DNA from: Chara braunii
Taxonomy: Eukaryota; Plantae; Charophyceae
DNA length: 63,785 nt
Reading direction: 5' to 3'
Assembly (NCBI GenBank): GCA_003427395.1
Contig: BFEA01000029.1
Span: 1,098,923-1,162,707 of the forward strand
Shown: one piece after another, positions 49,469 through 62,285 of the stretch
Layout: each line of letters begins with the position of its first letter
How positions within the stretch are numbered: the stretch's first letter is position 1
Notes under the pieces: generated by a model
Seen by the model: only the letters and a program-made list of their open reading frames with translations
What the model was told of the DNA's origin: nothing
Databases searched by the model: none
Position numbers and translations under genes: made by a program

Positions 49469-51204
49469 AATCCTTGTGAGGCCCAGGGCCGGGTGGTGGT
49501 CACCTTGGTCTGGGTTCCAGGTCAGTCGTGAGAGTTTTGCGCCTGGCATTGCAGGTTTGAATGCTTTTAACTCCACCTGCTGGTCCCCCCTTTTGGCGAC
49601 ATGGTTGACTAGTGTGGGAAGAGGGAGGGAGGCCTCAGGAATTACCCAGTCTCCTGCACAGATCCTTGGTCCCGAGTGAAGGGCCTGAACCCATGCAATG
49701 GGAGTTGCCTCTTGCAGTTGGTGCAGTTTCTCCTGCAGGTTCCTGACGTGCTTGTATTTTTATGTTCTGCTGCCTGCGCAACTCGATTTTATTACATGTT
49801 TGAGAAACACTCCGCCTAGTTTGCAGAAGCTGCAGCTCTCGAGCAATAGAAAAGTGCCATCGAACATGGCAACTCCTCAATCGTGAAGATAATCCCCCAG
49901 GATCGCAGGTGTATACCCTCCGGCTTAAACGACCTTTCAGAGGCAAATTGGTCCGATCTGGCCATACGAGAGGCGGTTAGCGGAGGCCCTAATTTTCAGA
50001 CAACTTGTCATGCCATTTATGACAAAATCCAACGGTCATTTTAACCAAACTTGCCACCAAGTCATAGAGTAGAGACCATAGTTACTAACTGCAAGAAAAA
50101 AACGAAAAAATAAATAAAAAAACGTATAAAACAGTGAGGCAAAAGTGCACTTTCATGCAAATTTTGCCAATATTCAGTTTCAGAAATCTTAGCAGAGGAA
50201 ATTCCAATGCTCCAAATGAGACCAAATTTGGTACACAACAACCTTGAACCAAAACAAAAACAGGGAAAAAAAAAAAACAACATAAAATTTGACCCCCAAA
50301 CCCTAATTTCAGTTTTGGACCTGTTAGTCAGGAGCTGAAACTGGGGGTCCCTTTTTTTTNNNNNNNNNNNNNNNNNNNNNNNNNNNNNNNNNNNNNNNNN
50401 NNNNNNNNNNNNNNNNNNNNNNNNNNNNNNNNNNNNNNNNNNNNNNNNNNNNNNNNNNNNNNNNNNNNNNNNNNNNNNNNNNNNNNNNNNNNNNNNNNNN
50501 NNNNNNNNNNNNNNNNNNNNNNNNNNNNNNNNNNNNNNNNNNNNNNNNNNNNNNNNNNNNNNNNNNNNNNNNNNNNNNNNNNNNNNNNNNNNNNNNNNNN
50601 NNNNNNNNNNNNNNNNNNNNNNNNNNNNNNNNNNNNNNNNNNNNNNNNNNNNNNNNNNNNNNNNNNNNNNNNNNNNNNNNNNNNNNNNNNNNNNNNNNNN
50701 NNNNNNNNNNNNNNNNNNNNNNNNNNNNNNNNNNNNNNNNNNNNNNNNNNNNNNNNNNNNNNNNNNNNNNNNNNNNNNNNNNNNNNNNNNNNNNNNNNNN
50801 NNNNNNNNNNNNNNNNNNNNNNNNNNNNNNNNNNNNNNNNNNNNNNNNNNNNNNNNNNNNNNNNNNNNNNNNNNNNNNNNNNNNNNNNNNNNNNNNNNNN
50901 NNNNNNNNNNNNNNNNNNNNNNNNNNNNNNNNNNNNNNNNNNNNNNNNNNNNNNNNNNNNNNNNNNNNNNNNNNNNNNNNNNNNNNNNNNNNNNNNNNNN
51001 NNNNNNNNNNNNNNNNNNNNNNNNNNNNNNNNNNNNNNNNNNNNNNNNNNNNNNNNNNNNNNNNNNNNNNNNNNNNNNNNNNNNNNNNNNNNNNNNNNNN
51101 NNNNNNNNNNNNNNNNNNNNNNNNNNNNNNNNNNNNNNNNNNNNNNNNNNNNNNNNNNNNNNNNNNNNNNNNNNNNNNNNNNNNNNNNNNNNNNNNNNNN
51201 NNNN

Positions 51205-51252
<48 letters not shown>

Positions 51253-51289
51253 TACACACATACACCACGCCAGGAAAAAAAAAACAAAA

Positions 51290-51810
51290 GAACAACCGCC
51301 CATCTTCAGCCCAACACTAATTTCCACATGGCGCATGGCGCACGTGCACTGCAAGTATGGCGCAAATGCATTCCCGGCACGGAAAAGGCCGGAAACAATA
51401 GATCACATGTTCCTTCAGATCCCCGGTGCTGTCTGGCTTTGGAGATGGTCGGATAGGGTCTGGAACCAACTGGAAATGATGGTAACCTGGCCATGGGACT
51501 TGAAGGCCCTGCCCTGCGAGGCATGGACAAAAGTCTAGGCAGATGAATTCCCAAACAACATATTCAAAACAGCCAGGAAAGCAATACTCTGGGCACTGTG
51601 GCAATGTCGATGCACTTATGAGATTGAAGGGGCAAGACTGGAGGGCCCATAATTCACAGATAACATCTTACAGAAATGACAGACAGAAATAAGCACCAAA
51701 CGGGAAGAGGTGAAAGCAAGACTGGACCTCCTCCACACAAAGGAATGAACCATTTCATTCAACAAAACAACTCAAGTGGCTGGGGGGGGCTCAAGGGGGA
51801 AAGATGGGAG
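51290..51810 (+). mobile_element. Degenerate L1 ORF2 3' fragment
   Basis: AFPARKRPETIDHMFLQ..WLWRWSDRVW resembles the other zf-RVT regions in the window. Confidence 0.7.
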
Positions 51811-52743
51811 AAGCAGAATGGAAAGGGAAGCAAGAGGGGGAGAGTGAGCAGAAAATAATCAGGGATAACAGCCTAAGACTTCACTAATGGACCAAGTTGG
51901 ATGCTTCGGTTCGCTTGAGTTCGCTGGGAGACAACCCGGACCTGTTCCCCCACCTCGGCACAATGGCTGGTGGAGCTGGGGTGGTATGAAATGGCATAAC
52001 TTAAAGGAGGAAAAGAGGCATTTGAAAATGGGATGCTGGTACACCAGGGAAAGACACAGCAGCAAAAGGGGCTCAACAGGGATACAAGGAGGTTTAGGGT
52101 TTAAAGGGCTTAAAGGGTTTAGAGGGTAAAAAAAAAAAAAAACGGTTTAAACTTTAAAGGGTTTAAGAGGGAGGATCAGAAGAGAGACCACAGCCTGTTC
52201 AACAAGCAATTCTCCCCCCCCCCCCCCCCCTTCCATGCACCCCTTATTCTTGCCCCATCGTGTCTCCCAGATGGAAAAGTCAGGATTGTTGGCTCATCAA
52301 GCAAGTTCTTAGCGAGATCTGCAAGTCTGTGATCTGTAACTGCTTAGGCGCTCAGCAAAGTCTCATTATTTCGATTTCGTGAGGTTACAAAAAAAAAAAT
52401 CTGGGTCGGTGAAGTGATTGATCGGTTCATCAGTTAGGGCCAAGCATACTGACCGGTCAATCGAGAGATCAAGCAAGTTCCCCCCCCGATCCTTGCTTTG
52501 CCCTGCCTCCCCGGCCACTACCACGACCGGGATCCCGCCATCCTGATGGGAGACTCCCCCCGATCTCACCCACTGCCACGACCATGATCCCGCCATCCCG
52601 ATCCTCCGATCACTATCCCCCACCCCCCCCCCCATTCTGATCTGCTTGCCTTGCCCCGCCTCCCCGACCACTACCGCGACCGAGATCCCGCCATCCTGAT
52701 CGGAGACTCCCTCGATCCCGCCCACTACCGCGACCGTGATCCC

Positions 52744-52770
52744 ATACACATCTAGATGTGTATAAGAGAC
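52744..52770. other. Partial Nextera mate-pair junction adapter (artefact)
   Basis: atacacatctagatgtgtataagagac. Confidence 0.93.
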
Positions 52771-53022
52771 CGCCCCGATTCTGATCTGCTTGCCTTGCCC
52801 CGCCTCCCCGACCACTACCGCGACCGAGATCCCGCCATCCTGATCGGAGACTCCCTCGATCCCGCCCACTACCGCGACCGTGATCCCGCCATCCCGATCC
52901 TCCCCCGATCCATGCTTTGCCCCGCCTCCCCAACCACTGCCACGACCGAGATCCCGCCATCCTCATCGGAGACTCCCCCGATCCCGCCCACTACCACGAC
53001 CGTGATCCCGCCATCCCGATCC

Positions 53023-53060
53023 CTGTCTCTTATACACATCTAGATGTGTATAAGAGACAG
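53023..53060. other. Complete Nextera mate-pair junction adapter (artefact)
   Basis: CTGTCTCTTATACACATCT + AGATGTGTATAAGAGACAG: two head-to-head 19-bp Tn5 mosaic ends. Confidence 0.98.
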
Positions 53061-53433
53061 ACCCCGACCCCTACCGCCCGTCCTGATCTCCTTTGTGCCA
53101 CCTCACCGCCCTGATCCCTTCTTAGTTCCCGACTGCGTCTGGCCCGTTCCCCTCGCCCCGCTCCCCCCCTCCCCGATCCCTCGCCCTCTCCCATCCCCGT
53201 CTTATATCCATCCCGCCTCGCTCGGATCCCGTCATCCTAACCCGCTCCCCTCCATCCCGACCCAAGGCTCCCTCCATCCCTCTCCTTTCTCCCGATCTGT
53301 CCCGATCTCTCTTCCTCCACCCCTGATACCAATCATCCCTCTCTCTAGAGGGCATCAAAGAATCAACTAGACCGCCAGCCCTCGTCATACCACTGCCAGC
53401 TCAACTATACCGCTGACAGGTTCATCATACCAC

Positions 53434-56400
53434 ATGGCGAGTCTCAAAAACGAAGCCAGGAAGGGGAGAGGGAAGTCGCGGACGATCTAGCATCATGGTG
53501 CCATGGGTCACCACTCATCGGACTGGCGGCCCCGGCGAGAGGAAGAAAGCAAGGAGGATGCTACCATGGCTGAAGCACCATCCTCTCGCCCCTCTCCTCC
53601 CCTGCGGAAGGGATGGAGAAGGGGAAAGCAACCTGGAAATCCCGTTGGATAATCTGACCACAACATCAACCTTTTTCTTAGGAAAATTTTTAGCGAGACC
53701 CGAGGATAAGATAATCAGTCAAGGGGGTAAAAACAGAGGGTGAAGGCACTTCCAGGAGATGCAATTAGAGAAAGAGATGTCATATATACCCGTCACGCAA
53801 GCACATGGGCCTTTTACGATGACTCGGCCTACAAATCGACCAACGACAAGGTAGGTTGGATTAGGAAACGACTAGCGACCCTCAAAGGATCTGAGGAGGG
53901 GGCGCAAGACTTCTTCCTAATCCAACCTATCTCATCCACGGTGGTCACAGTGATCTGCATGTTCGAGTCAGATAAAAGAATCATGGACACATGGCGGGGC
54001 ATACCATGCGGCCGGTCGGAGGTCCGTATCTTCCCCTGGTCTCCCCCAAAGCAGCAAAAACCAGAGGAAAAGAGAGACCAATTAATGTCCGATCATTACT
54101 GGGTTGAATTCCTCCATGTGCCCATTGAAATTCAAAGGGCCTTTGTGCAGGAGTTGGCCGAAAAATACGATATTGTGGATTTCATCGACCCCTTCCCGCC
54201 CCATGTGACCCCAAGGGACAACTACCTCATGATAGCCCTCGACCTTCCGAAAGGTCACATCTTCACCATTGACGATGTGATCCTTTTTCGAATAGGGGGA
54301 AGAGATTTTAGGATACACACGTCATATAAAACGAGACCCTGGTGTTTTAAATGTCAGGCCTACGGCCATCTCCCGACAGAATCCGATTGCCCCCATCACC
54401 CGACCAAGAAGATCAAAACCACTCGTTGCCTGATTCGTGACCCGCGCAAGGACACTTGGTGGAGGACGGTCGACGCCGGTCACGAGGGTTGGGTATACGT
54501 GGATGAGCCGCGGAAGGAAGGAGGAGTGAGGGGCTGGGAGTGGGAAAAAGGAGAGGTTGTGGAATGGGATACCAAACCCCCAGAACAATGGATCCCCCCC
54601 AAACCGGTGGAAGGACATATGGACGGGGACGCCAACCCCCCCCCCCCCTCCCCCCCCGGTCCTTGAGAAACCAGCTCAGCCTCAATAGACCAGGATAGAG
54701 AGGACCGAGCAGCATCTTGAACCCAGACCTCAGGACTTCATCACCCCAACAGATCTGGGAGAACTATGGCACTCCCCGACCCCTAAGAAACAAGCACACT
54801 CAAGTAAGAATGATAAGCCACAAAATCAGAGCAAAAAAAACAATCCCAAGAAATCAGAAAACAGATTTCAGGCTATCGCTGAAAACGAGGGCAAGCTCCT
54901 AGTGGAGAAGGGGTCCGGGGAATTGGGGCAAAGTGATACAACGGAGGGGGAAGGGAAGCAGAAGACTCCCGGAAAAAACACAGGGAGAAAAGGCGAGGCG
55001 GTGGGAGAAGGGGAGGGGAAGGAGAAGGGAAAGGAAAAAGCGAAAAACCAACAAGAGATCTTAAAACTGGTCTCGGAGGAGGCAGCAGCAGAGGACTCTG
55101 GCCCAAGGGAACTACTTCCTCAATCAATCTCGCCCGATACCGAACCCATGACTGCCATAGAGGAAACACCCTCTAAAACAGACCCGTTTCTTCAGGGTTT
55201 CGGTCCCCAGCCTATGGACTGGGAAGCCCCGGGTGCCTACCCCGACGAGGAAATGATGGATAGCACACCTGAGGCTTCGGGGTCTCAAGGAGAGGGAGAC
55301 ACTCAGACTAAGCTAAAGGGTTTGGCAGAATGGCTAATCAGACACCTGCAGTCACTGTATTCTGGCCAATTAGAAGTGTATTGGGACAAGGCTTACGTAC
55401 AGTTATTCTCCGTATTGGATGAAAGCCCCAACTTGAAACAAGCTCTGGAATAAGGCATGTCCCCGAACTTTGATTGGCAATCAGCATTATACAGAATCTG
55501 GAACATTGTTCACCAAAAATTCCAGCCTCCTGAAACAACAAAAACACCGGTCCGACCTGAAACATCAGATCAGGTCAACGAGACGCCTGTACAACCCAAA
55601 GACACGGGCATTTCAGGCCACACCTGCAACTCACCCCCCCCGGACTGTGCCCAGCCGATAGTACACACAGACAACGCTGGTCAAAGGCAGGAGGAAGAGA
55701 CACTTAATACAAATGAAGTAGGCCTCTCCAAGCGAGTAAAAATACATCACCTCATTGAAAAGGGAATGTACCACAAAAGTCTGCCAAAAGGGGACAAAGC
55801 GTTGGTACTCCCCATCAGGAAGAGGACTGGGAAATGGGAACTGGGTCTATCACCTGCTGATTCAGAAGACTCATACGCCCCAACCTACGGTGGGATAACT
55901 TTACATGGATGGCACATGAAGAGGGAGGGGATACTACGTGTCCATGAAATCACAGACTTCGTCACAAACCAATACGAGCCAGGGGCTATGGCCACCATCA
56001 GCGTATCTACAGAGAACCTGAAGATGGTCCATAAAGACATATATGCAAGATTCGAGGACAACAAAGAAGCAGGACTGCAATGGCTCACACACAACCTGCC
56101 TCTGGACACCCAGCAACTGAAAATAAAGCCTAGCAGTATCTGGTCAACAGACGACCTGCTCACCTGTATGTGCACAATACTCATGAAGAACATTCTCAAC
56201 AAGGGAGTGGATTGGGACATACAGGATTGGTCACCATTCCGAGCAAAATAGTGAGGAGGAACACACAAGGCGGAAATGGATTGGGTAGAAGTGGTGTATG
56301 GTAAGAACCAAAAGTGGAAGCGCACCCTTCAGCAGGCAGACCTAGATATTCGATCAATCAACGTGAATGGCCTAGCCTCACACAACCCCGAAAAAACCAA

Positions 56401-59400
56401 TGCGTTGTGGGACTTGATGCAAGGGGTGGGGGGAAGAACGTGACCGCATGTAATTTGCATCCAGGAAACTCACTTAATGGACTCGCCGGAGCATCACAGG
56501 GCACATAAGCAAGTCTGGCCCTTTCTAAAATACCAGGCCTTTGCCCCCACCCCAGGAAGTGCAGGGGTGGTCATATGGATCCCGCCTGAATCTCGCCTCG
56601 AGGTTCTCGATTGGGAACAAGGTGGAAGGGAGGTGGGTTAGAGTGTTGGGCATGCAGGAATTAGAAATTGTATGCATCGTTTGCATTTATGCACCTAACT
56701 CCCCCCAGGAAAGAAAAGTTTTTTTCGATAAGATCGAGATGATCCATGTCCTCGATATCCCAGTAATAATAGCAGGGGATTTCAACGCCGCACCAGATAG
56801 GTGGCTGGACCGTTGGAAAATCTTACCTACTACCGCACGCAACGCGAAGGAGGACGAAGTGATACTAAGGGAATTGTGCACTTCCCTCTCACTTTTTGAC
56901 ACCTTCAGGCGAGGTCACCCGACCGAAAAGGCTTTAAATTTACGTGTCTGCGCAATAACAACCCCGATAGACTATCAAAATCTAGAATCGATCTTATTCT
57001 GGCGTCAGAGGACTTGAGTGGGGGACTAACCTTGGCAGCAATACTGCCTACCAGCCCACACCCAGGCCTGGATCACCGGATGTGCGTGACAGTCTGGTCT
57101 TTCCGAAAACGGCCAGATCAGGGGGCCAGCTATTATAAACTCAACACTTCTCTGCTCCATCTCAAATCCTTCCAAAAGTACCTGCAGCAGGCCTGGGCCT
57201 TTTGGAAGGACCAGAGTCCCCAGCAAGAATCTCCAATTGCTTGGTTCAACAATGGTTTGTTTTTCCTGGCAAAAAAATGCAACATATACTCCAAACATAT
57301 AGTCACACGAGGCAGGAAGTAGGGCGAGATTTAAACTCCGACGAATTACAAACTCAAATACAAGATCTAAAAACCCAGCTTTTGAAACATGCACAATATC
57401 GTTGGCAAGGAGCCCTGACCAGAGCAAGACTATCTAGCCTCTCAACCGAGGGAGTAATGAATGCCCATTTTTTCAAACTGGCAAGACCTCGTTGCAAAAG
57501 AACAACAATCGAAGCTCTCTACGAACCACAAACCATAGATTCGGATTCGGCCATCTCCACAGCGAGGTGTGCAAAAATAACATATGATTTTTACAAGGAC
57601 CTCTTCACTTCTCACATAGACAGATCTAACCCGTTGGACCACATCCGTCAACTAAAAGACTTTCTAGAACCAATGGAAAAGTCTTTGACACCTGAACAAC
57701 GTGATTCCCTGAAAGCCCCGATCTCCAAACAGGAAATCTGGACCGCCCTCCTGCAAATGAAGGAGGAAAAAACACCAGGGATTGATGGCGTCCCCAAAGA
57801 ATTTTGGGAAACCACATGGGAGTTCATGAGCCAGGATATCATGGACTTCTATAAAGAGGTATGGACTACAGGTGAGATGGGTGAAAGGGTGGGGCAGGGG
57901 GTATTAACCCTCCTATATAAAAAGGGGGACAAAATGGATATCAGAAACTACCGCCCTATCACCCTTCTCACAGTTATCCACAAAATATTGTCAAAAACCT
58001 TAGCCAACAGAACGATCCCGGTGGTGGAAGACATCATTCACCCCTCACAAACCGGCTTCATGGAGAATAGAAACATTCAAGAGAATATCCTATTAATCCA
58101 AGAAGTTCTCCAGCTTACAAAACACTTCCGTCAGAACGCGGTGCTGGTCTTTATCGATTTTGAAAAAACTTACGACCACGTGGACTGGCTGTTTTTAGAC
58201 AAATGCCTGGAGAAAATGAATTTTGGACCGGATTTCATACGCTGGATTCAGAACTTGCACCAGAATGCAACCACCTGCATCCAGGTTAACGGATGCATAA
58301 CACCACCCCTGCATCTGGAACGCTCGGTCCGTCAAGAGGACCCGATCGCTCCCTTCCTCTTTTTTGTTATCATGGAAGCGCTCGCCGCTAACCTCCGGAC
58401 GAACAAAAACATTACCAAAATTTGAATCACACACATCCTAGAAGAGGTCATCCCAGTATGCTCCCTCTTCGCGGATGACCTTACCGTTATGGCGGAAGCT
58501 ACACACAGCAACATGGAGGAAATTCAACGAATGATGAAAAAGTTTGCCAGAATTTTCGACATGACGGTCAACTGGGGAAGCAAAACTCAAGGGTGGTGGA
58601 TCCATTACCAAGGGGGACGCCCTCCCGAGTCACCAAGAATTAGATAGATGCCCTTGGAATCCCCGATAAGAATCCTAGGAGTTGCCATGACATCCGAGGG
58701 ACGCCCGCCAACTAATGATGAATGGATAGGCAACCCGGCTAGGCAAAAACTGGAAAACTGGAGAAACAAGCACACATGATCTCTCTTCAGACGCGCACTA
58801 GTTATTAGCAATGTAATTTTCGCATCCTTATGGTACAAATCACTATTGTGGCCTCTGAGCAAAACAACCCTAAAAAACCTGAAGAGAAAGGCGACCGTTT
58901 TTTTGTGGAGGGGGGATGGTGAGCTCAATGGCATCATTAACCGCGTGGCGTGGGATTCCATCATACAACCTAAGGCAGGGGGAGGCCTAGGAATAATCGA
59001 CCCGGCCACGCAAGTGCAGACACTACGTCTTAAATGGATTAAAAAACTCATTTTCACCCCCCAGAGTCCATGGTGCGTACTGGCGCTGGAACATCTAGCC
59101 CGACTGGCCCCAGAAACTCCCCATTCCACGCACCCCTTGATATGGTTGGAGGACCGTTTCTGGACAATTCCACGAAAGTTCCCCCGAGCAAAGGAAGGAC
59201 TGGACGGAGATAACCGAGTTTTGGACAGCTTCTGACCCTCCCTATTAGAAACCTGACGTAGACTTCCACTTCTGGACAGACTGGACCCTGTACGCTGGAA
59301 AGAAGTCTAGCGACAACCCTTGTTCGGAAACCGATGAGTGACCAACTCCAATGGTTGCATCATGTCAAGCTCAGCCTTGCCCTGGAAGAGTTGGGTGAAA

Positions 59401-60282
59401 AGAGAGGTGCTCAGGGTTGGGGACCTTTGGGATGACGACAGAAAGGACTAGAAAACAGGGGACCAAATGCACGAAACCCTACGATATTGCCATCACGTGA
59501 AGGAGCATTTGGGCGACCTGGTTGAAGCTATCCCGCTGGCATGGTATCAAACCCTTAAGCAAAGCCCCGCCTTAAAGGAAGGCGACTGCGTAGCCAGCAA
59601 GGAGCCTCCCCAGGAGATAGGGCAAACACACATGGTCTCACCCCAGGCGATCTTAATCGAATACTACATAATCACCAGGACTAACACCCTCCAAGGAAGC
59701 AAAGCCCCCCTTGTATGGAAAGAAAAAACATCTGTGTTTAGAGTGAGAATCCTAGTAGAGAAACGGCAGAGGGTGGCGTTCCAGCCTTTCAAACCTATCC
59801 AGGACCTGCCTCTAGACCCAGAAGAATGGTCTTGGGAACACTCCCGGCAAGGGGTAAATCCCAAAGCAGGTCGCACCAGCCTACACCAATTGTCAGTCAA
59901 GTCAGCCTATAAAATGCTCAGACCAAAGAAACGGCTGAGAGACGTTATCAACGATAGATGGGCCAGACACTTGAACGTGGATCGGTCCCTCCTAACCCCA
60001 ATCAAATGGTTCCGGGAACAGAAGGCAAGACCCATGAAAATCACTTCCCTGCAGTGGCAAATCGCCCACCGATGTCTGCCAACCAATGATTGGTTGATCG
60101 ACCGCACTAATTTAGAGCAAAAGGGCCTACTGCTCCCATGGTGCCAACGGTGTCAGGGCCTTTTCCCTTTCCATAAAAAGGCGGAAACCATCGAACACAT
60201 CTTCCTACAATGCCCGGTCGCTCAATTCATATGGAGGTGGTGGGACCGGGTATGGAGAAAGATGGTTCCTACATTCCCCTGG
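53434..60282 (+). mobile_element. Near full-length degenerate L1-like LINE, 3' end replaced by NUMT
   Basis: ORF1 region with WCFKCQAYGH..C. EN motifs SINVNGL, QETH, IYAPN, AGDFNA. RT motifs NYRPITLL, DFEKTYD, LFADD. zf-RVT WCQRC..ETIEHIFLQC. Many stops. 5' boundary approximate. Confidence 0.9.
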
Positions 60283-60357
60283 CAGGATTTTGATACACTG
60301 TACGATTTTTGCACCTGAATTATCAGACACCTGTAAATATGTTCCAACAGTAATCAC
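60283..60357 (-). pseudogene. rpl14: Mitochondrial rpl14 5' fragment (NUMT)
   Basis: (GTG)ITVGTYLQVSDNSGAKIVQCIKIL matches the uL14 N-terminal DNSGA motif. Confidence 0.85.
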
Positions 60358-60428
60358 ACTCTTCGAGCCTTTTTTTTTTACTACTGTTTATTTGTTTTTG
60401 TGTTTTGCATTGATTGACTCTGAGCTAA

Positions 60429-60488
60429 TTACGACCATTGAACAAACTTGGTGGACAAACACAATTTATGTGAAGCTAAAGTAGCAGC
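60429..60488 (-). pseudogene. rpl16: Mitochondrial rpl16 3' fragment (NUMT)
   Basis: AATLASHKLCLSTKFVQWS* matches the plant mitochondrial uL16 C-terminus; lies directly upstream of rpl14 as in the S10-spc cluster. Confidence 0.85.
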
Positions 60489-60675
60489 TGCGTCAATTTC
60501 CATACCATATAGATTTAGATGTTTTGAATTAAGGGCAACCAACCGTCAGGTCAGGCGGCCAATAAGACATTAACCCCACCCCCGCGTCCGAGGGGACGCG
60601 TGGATGAGCGCATACATAAATAAAATAAGCTGCTTGTTTTGTTGTGGCGGCTGCGTTGACTCTTTTGGGTGAGTT

Positions 60676-60749
60676 GCATTCTTAGCTCAGCTGGATAGAG
60701 CAACAACCTTCTAAGTTGAAGGTCACAGGTTCAAATCCTGTAGGATGCT
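60676..60749 (+). tRNA. trnR-UCU: tRNA-Arg(UCU), mitochondrial-type (NUMT)
   Basis: Acceptor GCATTCT/AGGATGC, anticodon loop CT-TCT-AA, T arm GGTTCAAATCC. Confidence 0.9.
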
Positions 60750-60758
60750 GAATTCTTC

Positions 60759-60822
60759 GGGAGAGTGGCCGAGTGGTTAAAAGCGACAGACTGTAAATCT
60801 GTTGAAGGTTATATTTCTACGT
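60759..60822 (+). tRNA. trnY-GUA: tRNA-Tyr(GUA), mitochondrial-type, truncated by gap (NUMT)
   Basis: GGGAGAGTGGCCGAGTGGTTAAAAGCGACAGACTGTAAATCTGTTGAAG.. matches plant mitochondrial trnY, with a long variable arm. Confidence 0.88.
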
Positions 60823-61599
60823 NNNNNNNNNNNNNNNNNNNNNNNNNNNNNNNNNNNNNNNNNNNNNNNNNNNNNNNNNNNNNNNNNNNNNNNNNNNNNN
60901 NNNNNNNNNNNNNNNNNNNNNNNNNNNNNNNNNNNNNNNNNNNNNNNNNNNNNNNNNNNNNNNNNNNNNNNNNNNNNNNNNNNNNNNNNNNNNNNNNNNN
61001 NNNNNNNNNNNNNNNNNNNNNNNNNNNNNNNNNNNNNNNNNNNNNNNNNNNNNNNNNNNNNNNNNNNNNNNNNNNNNNNNNNNNNNNNNNNNNNNNNNNN
61101 NNNNNNNNNNNNNNNNNNNNNNNNNNNNNNNNNNNNNNNNNNNNNNNNNNNNNNNNNNNNNNNNNNNNNNNNNNNNNNNNNNNNNNNNNNNNNNNNNNNN
61201 NNNNNNNNNNNNNNNNNNNNNNNNNNNNNNNNNNNNNNNNNNNNNNNNNNNNNNNNNNNNNNNNNNNNNNNNNNNNNNNNNNNNNNNNNNNNNNNNNNNN
61301 NNNNNNNNNNNNNNNNNNNNNNNNNNNNNNNNNNNNNNNNNNNNNNNNNNNNNNNNNNNNNNNNNNNNNNNNGACGAACATAGAACCCTCGTTCCCACTC
61401 CGCCCCCCTGCTGATTTTCCTGACCCCTTCCCGCCCCATGCCCTCTCCCTGGCTGAGATCCTGTCCTGATTGTTACAACCCAGTAACTCATTCTACTTAC
61501 TTCTACTTACTTCCACTACTTCCACTTACTTTTCCTTTCATATAAGGAACTCTCCCCTGGAGCCCCCCAGGGAGTGTTTCTTCCAACAAAACAGTGTTG

Positions 61600-62285
61600 T
61601 TACTTCCTGAGGTGGTATCAGAGCTTATTGGGACATCTGGCGCCCCCTCTAGGTGTGAAGAGATACGGGAAATAAAGTCTGCTTTGAAAATCCCCTGGAG
61701 ACAGGGCATTCAATGCTGGCAGGTCTAAAATGCAGGAAGTCAATAAGCAGCAGTAGTAACCGGGTGCCGAGATCAGGGTGAAGAGGCCCCCTCCCTGCTC
61801 AGTCAATCCCCTGGTCTCCAGGGCAATCAATGCTGGCAGGCTCTTCCTACAGTTCTTTTTTCTAATGTGTCCTGATGTATTCCAATTGTATCATTCTCAT
61901 CAGGGACGCTGGACCCGTTTTCCAGCAGGTGATGCTCCCCNCCAATAGATGGAGCCTAAAAAAAAAAAAAAAAAAGGTCAGGGTCGGGGTTGTGCAGGAT
62001 AACGGACCACAGGAGTTATCTGCTAGCAATTAGAACAAGATCTGGCGCCCATACATTGAGGTGAAGAGGCAGACCCTGGGGCCCACATACCCCCCACACA
62101 TCTCATGGTTCCAGTTTCTTAGCATCACAACCTTTCCATCAGGTACACGGGATGCTGGACCCATTTTCCAATGGGTGCAGCTCCCCACCAATGGAATGAA
62201 GCCCTCAAAATGGGCAGGTTCCAACTGGACAGGCACTCGTACAGCCTGATCAGTAGCTGCCTGTCCTGGATGTAAAAAAAAGGCA
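61600..62285 (+). mobile_element. Two stacked LINE 3'-end fragments
   Basis: Each has atctggcgccc..gtgaagag, then the GGGAYGCTGGACCC..TTCCA motif and an A run (61958-61975; about 62273-62281). Confidence 0.55.

Larger units (their letters stand above)
52480..53330. repeat. GC-rich tandem repeat (ccactaccgcgaccgagatcccgccatcc units)
   Basis: Repeated units visible; interrupted by sequencing adapters. Confidence 0.75.

Noticed and set aside
53023-53060. Perfect 38-bp palindrome or Tn5 ends as a natural transposon
   Set aside because: Identical to the synthetic Nextera junction adapter.
61613-61624. Perfect TGGTATCAGAGC (tRNA-iMet PBS) suggesting an LTR/TRIM or pararetrovirus
   Set aside because: No preceding CA-terminated LTR, second LTR or gag. 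The context resembles the LINE 3'-end fragment at about 62040, so it is probably coincidental.
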